Virus record (IMG/VR): IMGVR_UViG_2974542590_000001
Span: 91,054 to 155,053 of that record
Direction: 5' to 3' (one strand)
DNA length: 64,000 bases
From: a virus
Lineage: Duplodnaviria > Heunggongvirae > Uroviricota > Caudoviricetes > Herelleviridae
The position numbers were made by a program, and so were the translations under genes. Below are positions 57,458 through 64,000 of the stretch, piece by piece. The first letter of the stretch is position 1; each line of letters starts with the position of its first letter. Below the pieces are notes generated by a model. It was not told where the DNA came from. It saw nothing but the letters and a program-made list of their open reading frames with translations, and made no database searches.

Positions 57458-57784
57458 CTATCTACCCCCCTTTGCTCGTCTTTCTGCTCGATTTCTTGAT
57501 ACGGTGCTATATAGTTGCATTTGTCTTTCTGCTTTCTTAAGTTTTTGGCATAGTCGTTTCTGTTCCTGTTCTGATAAGTTCCCTATTGATGTAATACCCC
57601 TCATTCCTTGTATAGTTGCATTTCTCGGGTCTAGTTCTTGCTGTTCTTGCTGTTCATGTTCTAAAATCATTACAAGCCCCTCCCCTTGTCCTTGTCCTTG
57701 TCCTTTTCCTCTCTCTCTTTCCTTATCAAGTTTATTTCTTTTTGTTTGTTTGTTTGTGGTTACATTTAAGAACGTACTCCGCAA
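57458..57784 (-). CDS. possible Gly/Gln/Glu-rich low-complexity protein
   Basis: 108-aa ORF across a polypurine tract. Could be a non-coding compositional artefact. Confidence 0.2.
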   Translation of the reverse strand: MRSTFLNVTTNKQTKRNKLDKERERGKGQGQGQGEGLVMILEHEQQEQQELDPRNATIQGMRGITSIGNLSEQEQKRLCQKLKKAERQMQLYSTVSRNRAERRAKGGR

Positions 57785-58001
57785 TCAATTCAAGCTCCCC
57801 GTCAGTATTTGTAGGAATGTATACACGTTTATAGAATTGTGCTGTATGAAATAGGTAACCGCTACGCCCGTGCAAGCGTAACCGAAAAGCAATAAACTCC
57901 TTTAGGCTTTCTTTTTCCTTTTCTGTGAGTGGTTCTTTTGTTATTGACTCGCAAGCCTTTAAAATGCCACCAATCAAAAGTTCCTCTTTCGTTTGTTTCA
58001 T
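57732..58001 (-). CDS. hypothetical small protein
   Basis: ATG at 58001 after the cassette (..AAGAAAGAGAGTGATAAGA). Confidence 0.5.
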   Translation of the reverse strand: MKQTKEELLIGGILKACESITKEPLTEKEKESLKEFIAFRLRLHGRSGYLFHTAQFYKRVYIPTNTDGELELIAEYVLKCNHKQTNKKK

Positions 58002-58123
58002 TCTTATCACTCTCTTTCTTATTTATCTTACAAGTTAATTGTACCAAGTTTATCTCTTTTTGTCAATAGATAAACATAAAAATTTTTAATTTTAGAAAGA
58101 GGGGTTTCCCCCTCCCCCCTTTG

Positions 58124-58537
58124 TTATGCCTGTACCCGGTTAAATTCATTTATAACGGCGTTTTCCCCGTGTTCGTCTAAATAGATTTCTTGTCTTTCCC
58201 CGTCCTTGTAAGTGAATAACCAAAAGCCACCATTTACAGGTTTATAACCAAAGTCAAAATTTTGAAAACCTAACTCAGATAAGAAAGTTGCCACGCTATC
58301 ACTATCAGAACGGCTTTCCCCGTATACCTCTATTAGTTGCATGTTTTCAAGGTCAACTTTTGCGGTTAGTGTTTCATAGTGGTATAAGCTTACTGTTTTA
58401 CCGTTGTTTTCTACTCTATACACTTCTTGTAAGTCCCCCACGCCCCACATGTCTCTTTGTCTTGCTCGTTTGATTGCTTTCCCTTTCTTTTCTGCTCGTT
58501 TCATTAGTGTGATAACTGTTTCAACTTTTTTACTCAT
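58124..58537 (-). CDS. hypothetical protein
   Basis: Cassette-driven. 137 aa. Confidence 0.55.
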   Translation of the reverse strand: MSKKVETVITLMKRAEKKGKAIKRARQRDMWGVGDLQEVYRVENNGKTVSLYHYETLTAKVDLENMQLIEVYGESRSDSDSVATFLSELGFQNFDFGYKPVNGGFWLFTYKDGERQEIYLDEHGENAVINEFNRVQA

Positions 58538-58623
58538 TTTTTAGTCCCTCTTTCTTTTATTTATCTTACATGCTTATTGTATCAAGTTTATCTCTTTTTG
58601 TCAATAACTTTTTTTAAATTTTT

Positions 58624-58902
58624 TTATTCGTGTTTATTCACGTTTTTCCCTAGTTCGTTGCCTAGTTGGTTTTTTACACTTCTAATATATAACTCCAATG
58701 AGCATGCAAGGTTAGAAAGTTCGTTCATTTCTTTCGCTAGTTCTTCCAGTTGTTTGGCTACGTGTTCCGGTGTAGCTCCTTTTCTTGTCTGGTTCTTTAA
58801 GTTGTTAATTTCTTGCTTGTGTAATACTGATAAACGTTTAACGTCGTTTATTGGGTAAAAACTTCTTTCTAGTTGCTGATATAAATATTCTATATTTAAC
58901 AT
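58624..58902 (-). CDS. hypothetical coiled-coil protein
   Basis: AGAAAGGGAGCATAAGA RBS. Confidence 0.5.
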   Translation of the reverse strand: MLNIEYLYQQLERSFYPINDVKRLSVLHKQEINNLKNQTRKGATPEHVAKQLEELAKEMNELSNLACSLELYIRSVKNQLGNELGKNVNKHE

Positions 58903-58992
58903 TCTTATGCTCCCTTTCTATGTCTTTATATTATCAAATTTATTTCTTTTTGTCAATAGATAAACATAAAAAATTTTTATTTTTTTATGTAA

Positions 58993-59011
58993 GGCGGGAA
59001 CACGTCCCGCC
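58993..59011 (-). terminator. rho-independent terminator hairpin GGCGGGAC-gtgt-TCCCGCC
   Basis: Identical copies at 60846-60864 and 61724-61742, each directly downstream of a minus-strand gene and followed (minus sense) by an A/T-rich run. Confidence 0.55.
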
Positions 59012-59018
59012 GTGTTTG

Positions 59019-59402
59019 TTATGCTTCTTCTAGTTCGTCAAGTTCTTGTCTTGCTAGTTCTTCCACCGCAAACCATGCCAGTAAGTTTTGGTTGTTTTGG
59101 TCTGCTAACGGATCTAGGTCGTCCGCTTCTTCTTCTAACAAGTCTTCCCAATCGTTCCACTTGTCACCAAAAAGCCCTTTTTCGTCTAGCCCTGTATCTT
59201 CTTTTAGTTCGTGTAACATTGCAAGAATCTCGTCACGGTGTTCGTTAAAAAATTGAGTTGTTTCGTGGTAGTAAATCAAACCGCCAACCATTCCACTGAT
59301 TGCCCCGTGTTGTGTTAAGTCCTGTAAGTATGTTTTTCGTTCTTCTGGTTCGTTTAGGTTGCTTCCAATAATTTCGTTATATGCTTCTTTTAAAGTTGTC
59401 AT
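59019..59402 (-). CDS. hypothetical acidic protein (MTTLKEAY... paralog)
   Basis: Cassette-driven. 127 aa. Confidence 0.55.
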   Translation of the reverse strand: MTTLKEAYNEIIGSNLNEPEERKTYLQDLTQHGAISGMVGGLIYYHETTQFFNEHRDEILAMLHELKEDTGLDEKGLFGDKWNDWEDLLEEEADDLDPLADQNNQNLLAWFAVEELARQELDELEEA

Positions 59403-59576
59403 TTTTAGTTCCCTCTTTCTTTTATTTATCTTACAAGTTTATTGTATCAGGTCTATTTCTTTTTGTCAATAACTTTGACTAAAATTTTTATACTCTTTTT
59501 TGAGTTCGTCCGAATAAGTGTTTCCTTTGTTTACATGTATAATGTTACCATGTATGTTTTTATTTGTCAACTTTTT

Positions 59577-59750
59577 TTATTCTCGTTTTTTAATTCCTTT
59601 GAGTCGTTTTCTTTCTTCCATGAAATAGTACATTTCTTCTTGTGTGTAGTTACCGTTGTAAATAAATTCGATTGGCTTTTTGATTGTCTCCCGGGCTAAC
59701 TTTTCCATTCTAGCCCGTTTCAAAAATTCTAGTTTTTTGTTCGGTTTCAT
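59577..59750 (-). CDS. small basic protein (57 aa)
   Basis: MKPNKKLEFLKRARMEKLARE.... AAAGGGGGGACGG RBS. Confidence 0.4.
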   Translation of the reverse strand: MKPNKKLEFLKRARMEKLARETIKKPIEFIYNGNYTQEEMYYFMEERKRLKGIKKRE

Positions 59751-59771
59751 ATCGTCACACCGTCCCCCCTT

Positions 59772-60149
59772 TTAATCTCTTTCAATGTACACAAGCCCGT
59801 CAAGTGTAAACACGTTATAAATTTCGGTGTAAGCTCGTATATAATCCCACTTTGTCAAGTCGGTGCTTTCTTCCATTTCGTCTATCATACTATAGGAATC
59901 TGTTTCGTGTAGGTCTGTGTAAATAGCTTCCAAAATGTTTTCATCTGTTAACTCGAAAAACGTGTTTTTTTGTGTAGCCCCGTTGTAGGTTGATAGTGTA
60001 ATGTTTTGGATGTAACCATCTGCGATTTTTTCGTTGAAATCGGCTTGCGCTTCTTCTGGTGTTTCATGGGCTTGTTTGTAGTCATTCATATCCTTATAAC
60101 GTGTAACGTTTGCCAATGCTAGTTGAATATTAGAATTTTTATTTGTCAT
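59772..60149 (-). CDS. hypothetical acidic protein
   Basis: AAGGAGGAACTAAAAA RBS. Confidence 0.55.
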   Translation of the reverse strand: MTNKNSNIQLALANVTRYKDMNDYKQAHETPEEAQADFNEKIADGYIQNITLSTYNGATQKNTFFELTDENILEAIYTDLHETDSYSMIDEMEESTDLTKWDYIRAYTEIYNVFTLDGLVYIERD

Positions 60150-60163
60150 TTTTTAGTTCCTCC

Positions 60164-60418
60164 TTAGAATGTTTCCGCAATAAGTTCCGCTATTACGTCG
60201 TTAACAGTTAACCAAGTCCGGTCACTCTCCGGATATTTATAGCCCGCAAGCTTTACCGCTTTTTTGCTTTTTTCATAGAAATATTTATTTGTAACACCGT
60301 TGTATTTTAGTTCTGAAATTGGTCGACTTGCTAACCATGAATTTTGCACCTCTGCTTTAAAACCTGTAAAATCTACATTTTTTCTTAGATAGTTTTTTAC
60401 CTTTGCTTTTTTACTCAT
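60164..60418 (-). CDS. hypothetical basic protein
   Basis: Cassette-driven. Confidence 0.55.
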   Translation of the reverse strand: MSKKAKVKNYLRKNVDFTGFKAEVQNSWLASRPISELKYNGVTNKYFYEKSKKAVKLAGYKYPESDRTWLTVNDVIAELIAETF

Positions 60419-60503
60419 TTTTTTAGCCCCTCTTTCTTTTATTTATCTTACAAATATAGAATACCAAAGTTATTTCTTTTTGTCAATAACTTTTTTTATT
60501 TTT

Positions 60504-60740
60504 TTATTCTTCTTCTAACGTTTTCCAACTGTTTTCCTTTATTAAGTCTATATCTAAGTTTTGCAAGTCTGAAAATAAAAGGTTTAAATCATACTTTTCT
60601 AGCTCCTGTTGATTGTCTGCCACGTCACCAATATCAATAAGATAGTCTTTTCCCGTTTCTTTTTCGATTAGATGATAATTCATATCCCACGAATTTAATG
60701 GATATTTTAATAAATATTTTTCGTTTTCTGCAATAATCAT
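60504..60740 (-). CDS. hypothetical acidic protein
   Basis: Cassette-driven. Confidence 0.55.
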   Translation of the reverse strand: MIIAENEKYLLKYPLNSWDMNYHLIEKETGKDYLIDIGDVADNQQELEKYDLNLLFSDLQNLDIDLIKENSWKTLEEE

Positions 60741-60876
60741 TTTTTTAGTCCCTCTTTCTTTTATTTATCTTACAAGTTTATTATATAGTGTTTATTTCTT
60801 TTTGTCAATAGATAAACATAAAAATTTTTAATTTTTTTTATGTAAGGCGGGAACACGTCCCGCCGTGTTTGTTATG

Positions 60877-61167
60877 CTAGTAATAAATAGCGTTGTCCCT
60901 ATATTGTTTGACTTCTCTTTGTAGCACGTCTTTCGCTTTGCATGTATTTGCGACTATTCCTCTAGTGCTTGCGGTCGTGCTGTAAAGCTCGTAAACTGTT
61001 CCATCGTTCATCGTTACATATTGATAAACGTAGTGACTGCCGTAGCTAGTTGGTCTTGATTGGATAAAATATGATTGTTCTTGATTGATTTGTGTAGTAT
61101 CTAGGTAGCCCTCACTTCTCCATTCTGTAGCCTTTAACATATGTTTTTGATTGAATTGTTTTTCCAT
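60877..61167 (-). CDS. hypothetical protein
   Basis: Cassette-driven, followed by the terminator. Confidence 0.55.
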   Translation of the reverse strand: MEKQFNQKHMLKATEWRSEGYLDTTQINQEQSYFIQSRPTSYGSHYVYQYVTMNDGTVYELYSTTASTRGIVANTCKAKDVLQREVKQYRDNAIYY

Positions 61168-61252
61168 TTTTAGTTCCCTCTTTCTTTTATTTATCTTACA
61201 AATACATTGTATAGCGTTTATTGTCTTTTGTCAATAACTTTTTTAAATTTTT

Positions 61253-61441
61253 TTATTTATTTTTTACTGTATAATCTAAATCATCGAAAATCATAAAAGC
61301 AAAAATGAACGAAGTTAGTCCGATAATTAGTGACACTGTAAACGAAAATACTGCCGTAACAACTGAACCAAGTAAAAACATGACAGCAAAGGCAGCCAAC
61401 TTTTTATAAAAATTTCTTTTCTTGTATAGTTTCTTTTGCAT
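61253..61441 (-). CDS. small membrane protein
   Basis: AAGGAGGAAAAAGAAAC RBS. One to two TM segments. Confidence 0.5.
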   Translation of the reverse strand: MQKKLYKKRNFYKKLAAFAVMFLLGSVVTAVFSFTVSLIIGLTSFIFAFMIFDDLDYTVKNK

Positions 61442-61752
61442 GTTTCTTTTTCCTCCTTGTTTTACCTTACATCTTTATTATATAGTGTTTATTTCTTTTT
61501 GTCAATAGTTTTGTATAAGTTTTTTATTTAAATTTTTAAGCTCGTTTATTGCCTTGCTTCTTGTCTGTAAAATTTCTTTTATTTCTCTCTTTTCCCTCCT
61601 TGCGATAAAAAAGGTTTTTGCTTTTTTCATGTTTTCCCCTCTCTTTCTATGTCTTTATAATATCAGGTCTATTTCTTTTTGTCAATAGATAAACATAAAA
61701 ATTTTTAATTTTTTTTTATGTAAGGCGGGAACACGTCCCGCCGTTTTATATG

Positions 61753-62028
61753 TTAGTTTTCTGTAATTAGTAAAGCATTTTCCAAAGCTTTTAAGGCGTT
61801 TTCTTTTTGCTCGTTTGTTCCTAAAAATAAGTTGTCAAGTGTTTTACGTGTATAATGTAAGTCCATGTTTACGGTGTCGGGATTGATTGTTTTCATTGCT
61901 AACTTGATACCGTTATACATGCCAACAAGTTCGCTGTGAGTTTCGTTTTCAGATTTTAAACCTCTGTTTACCATTTTAATATTTTTTTCAATCTCTTTTA
62001 AAAAGTTTACAATAATTTGTTTTTCCAT
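61753..62028 (-). CDS. hypothetical protein
   Basis: Cassette-driven, followed by the terminator. Confidence 0.55.
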   Translation of the reverse strand: MEKQIIVNFLKEIEKNIKMVNRGLKSENETHSELVGMYNGIKLAMKTINPDTVNMDLHYTRKTLDNLFLGTNEQKENALKALENALLITEN

Positions 62029-62320
62029 TTTTAAGTCCCTCTTTCTTTTATTTATCTTACAAGTTTATTATATAGTGTTTATTTCTTTTTGTCAATAACT
62101 TTTTTTAAATTTTTTTATTTATTTTTTTGTTAGCTCCTTTCTTTAACTGTCTATACTATACCATGCTTATTTCTTAATGTCAATATAAAACACTAAAAAA
62201 GATGAAAAACTTTTTTCTTCTATATATAAGGAAAAAACGGGTTTGAGTGGTGGCGGATCGAACGGGCAAAGGTGGCAGGTCTGGCGGTCGGATGCCACGC
62301 TTCGAAACTTTATAAGCTGT

Positions 62321-62459
62321 TTGTAGCCCGCTACTTAGAGGATTTTTGTAGCCTGCTACTTAGGGTTTTTTACTGTAGCCCGTTACTTAGAAGATTTTAG
62401 CTAACCTGCTACTTAGAAGAAAAAAGCTAGCCTGCTACTTAGGCTAGCCTGTTACTTAG
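62321..62459. repeat. iteron array: 7 copies of TAGCCYGYTACTTAG at ~20-25-bp spacing
   Basis: The copies read gtagcccgctacttag / gtagcctgctacttag / gtagcccgttacttag / ctaacctgctacttag / ctagcctgctacttag / gctagcctgttacttag. A GC-rich island lies just upstream (62230-62300). Confidence 0.7.
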
Positions 62460-62905
62460 TTATCATATGGTATTGTAAACGTCCCTTGTTCTAATTGAGT
62501 GGCAAGCTGTTCAGCAATGATTAGAAGCCCTAAACGAGCCACCAGACCACGATTGTGTTCTTCTAGTACTAATGGGTCATAATCTTCCCACATCCAACCT
62601 GAGCGCTCGTCAGCTACCTTATTGAATGTAGCTCCTGCACGTAATTCATCTGTGTAATCTCTAAGTATTTCGTTTAGCTCTTCTGTGTAGCCTGTGTACA
62701 CATCTACCAGTTCAGCAGGAGTATCTACATGTAATAAGTCTGCTAGATTCGTGCAACGGTCTTTCCAATTATCTACTGTCAGATTATCAACCTCTTCCTT
62801 CCATACGTCTAAGCTTTGTGTGTCTCTCTCGTCCTCACTAATTTGGTTATGAATTACGGCTACTAAATACTCTCTAAGTGAATCATATTCTGCTGTACCT
62901 AACAT
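62456..62905 (-). CDS. hypothetical acidic protein
   Basis: 149-aa ORF flanked by the two iteron arrays. Confidence 0.5.
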   Translation of the reverse strand: MLGTAEYDSLREYLVAVIHNQISEDERDTQSLDVWKEEVDNLTVDNWKDRCTNLADLLHVDTPAELVDVYTGYTEELNEILRDYTDELRAGATFNKVADERSGWMWEDYDPLVLEEHNRGLVARLGLLIIAEQLATQLEQGTFTIPYDN

Positions 62906-62923
62906 TGTATCATATCCCCTTTC

Positions 62924-63045
62924 ATCCTATCCTAAGTGTATCCTATCCTAAGTGCATCCTATCCTAAACCTATCCTATCTTATCCTAAATGTATCCTATC
63001 TTATCCTATCCTAATAGCTATTCATCCTCGTATATCCTATCTATA
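62924..63045. repeat. second iteron array: ~8 copies of ATCCTATCCTAA(G/A)TG and TATCCTATCT variants
   Basis: Read directly. Confidence 0.7.
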
Positions 63046-63506
63046 ACTAGTCTTAGCGCCTCTGATGGGGTTTCCTCATATGCACCAAGATATGCACGTA
63101 AAGCATCTAACAGTTGTTTATTTCCTATCATAGGAACCTGCTTACCATCTCCACCTTTTTTATGGAAAAGGCTATTATATTCCCCACTCATTGCATTAAA
63201 GATAATAGAATCAACTACCTCCTTAATTGGCTTTCCTTCCTTTTCAGCTTGTTGGACTATTCTTTCTCTCTGTCTCTTCGTTATTGCAAAAGTACTAATG
63301 TCTGTTCGTTTCTCATCAATTTCGTGCTTTCTTGGTCTACCAGCTTTAGGTCTAATCTTATTTAACGAGGTTTCTCGTTTGTATATCTGTTGTACTCGTT
63401 GTTGAGAGATGTTATACTCAGAAGCAATATCCTTAAACGTTCTTCCTGCCTGTCTCATACGTACAATTGCTTGATTTCTTTTCTTTTTAGTTACCATATC
63501 ATGCAT
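63018..63506 (-). CDS. DNA-binding protein with N-terminal HTH
   Basis: ..IVRMRQAGRTFKDIASEYNISQQRVQQIYKR.. has a Hin/sigma-4-like helix-turn-helix. Confidence 0.5.
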   Translation of the reverse strand: MHDMVTKKKRNQAIVRMRQAGRTFKDIASEYNISQQRVQQIYKRETSLNKIRPKAGRPRKHEIDEKRTDISTFAITKRQRERIVQQAEKEGKPIKEVVDSIIFNAMSGEYNSLFHKKGGDGKQVPMIGNKQLLDALRAYLGAYEETPSEALRLVIDRIYEDE

Positions 63507-63519
63507 TAGTCTTAACCTC

Positions 63520-63852
63520 CTATTCTACTCCAAAACTTTCTAGTAAACCTGTCCAATCAATGTCCAAGCTGTTTGCAAAATCTGCAAGACCTGCTTCTTC
63601 ATAGTACTCTACAATCTCGTCTAAGTCCATATATACTAATACTTCTTTTTCCGTCATATCTTTAAAGTGTTCAATAGCTTCCGTGTCTCCGTCATCCTTC
63701 TTGTCTGCGACCCACTGTTTGAACAAAGCTAGTTTCTTCTTGTCACTCGATTCTAGTTCAGCAATAATATGTTCTACCACTGCATCGTCATATTCTCCAT
63801 CTCTAATAATATCCTCTACTGTTACATGTTTGTTAAAGTTTAACATTGTCAT
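63520..63852 (-). CDS. hypothetical acidic protein
   Basis: 110-aa ORF. Confidence 0.45.
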   Translation of the reverse strand: MTMLNFNKHVTVEDIIRDGEYDDAVVEHIIAELESSDKKKLALFKQWVADKKDDGDTEAIEHFKDMTEKEVLVYMDLDEIVEYYEEAGLADFANSLDIDWTGLLESFGVE

Positions 63853-64000
63853 CTCTCCCTTTCCTTATCTTCATACATAGTATAACTCTTATATTGTTTA
63901 TTGTCAATAGGTTTGTATAAATAAAATTCTACCGCACATTCCTGTTAAATATACGGTAGAATTAGGACTTCTACGCTGTTAAGATGAAACCGCGTCTTCA

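Noticed and set aside
57393-57854. 153-aa plus-strand ORF (MSSLLLCSSLPPLSLPLPLL...) and overlapping 57616-57834 ORF
   Set aside because: Pure translation of the polypyrimidine tract, on the strand opposite all neighbouring genes, with no RBS.
58288-59699. plus-strand ORFs 58288-58473, 58577-58858, 58851-59033, 59012-59248, 59442-59699
   Set aside because: All are antisense to cassette-driven minus-strand genes or cassette promoters, hydrophobic low complexity from T-rich sequence, with no RBS.
62321-62459. possible CRISPR array
   Set aside because: Repeats are only ~15 nt, spacers are irregular (5-25 nt) and partly repeat-derived, and no cas genes are nearby. Iterons fit better.
62989-63405. 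plus-strand ORFs 62989-63405 and 63114-63365
   Set aside because: Antisense to the HTH protein gene, and they begin inside the iteron repeats.

Overview
This 64-kb window reads as a contiguous piece of a large virulent, low-GC Firmicutes myovirus of the SPO1-like (Herelleviridae) type, not a bacterial chromosome. Supporting observations: coding density is very high, promoters are Gram-positive sigma-A-like, many small unknown genes occur in long co-oriented runs, and several self-splicing introns and homing endonucleases are present. The large-phage assignment and the Lactobacillus-like host guess are inference.

From left to right:
- 1-12.6 kb, minus strand, late/structural region: a 3'-truncated portal-like gene, an NlpC/P60+SH3b peptidoglycan hydrolase, a secreted LysM/Apf-like protein and an amidase_2 endolysin. 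The terminase large-subunit gene is split into at least four exon ORFs by three td-like group I introns. Two of the introns carry zinc-finger/PD-(D/E)xK homing endonucleases, and the Walker A coding region ...SRQLG is interrupted.
- 12.7-14.7 kb: small membrane proteins and a PD-(D/E)xK nuclease.
- 14.7-22.5 kb: a tRNA region with at least eight canonical tRNAs (Arg-TCG, Trp, Thr, Lys-CTT, Lys-TTT, Arg-ACG, Ser-GGA and a CAT tRNA) plus numerous degenerate or non-canonical tRNA-like elements. It also contains a 1.1-kb ORF-free structured stretch and an inserted IS200/IS605-type TnpB (RNA-guided nuclease) gene.
- 22.5-54 kb, plus strand, early/middle genes driven by roughly 14 copies of a GTGTTGACTT-N17-TATACT promoter. 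A nucleotide-metabolism module is present: nrdD (split by a group I intron carrying an HNH endonuclease), nrdG, nrdH, thyA and a deoxynucleoside kinase. A candidate anti-defence / RNA-repair and NAD-related set is also present: PnuC, three calcineurin-like phosphoesterases, a DEDD exonuclease, a PurE/LarB-like protein, RtcB RNA ligase and a NADAR protein.
- 55.4-62.1 kb, minus strand: an array of about 17 tiny genes, each with a near-identical promoter+RBS cassette, with three identical terminators in the array, typical of a host-takeover / terminal-repeat module.
- 62.2-63.1 kb: two iteron arrays and a GC-rich island next to an HTH protein, a candidate origin or packaging site.

All functional calls rest on motif recognition by eye; no database search was possible.
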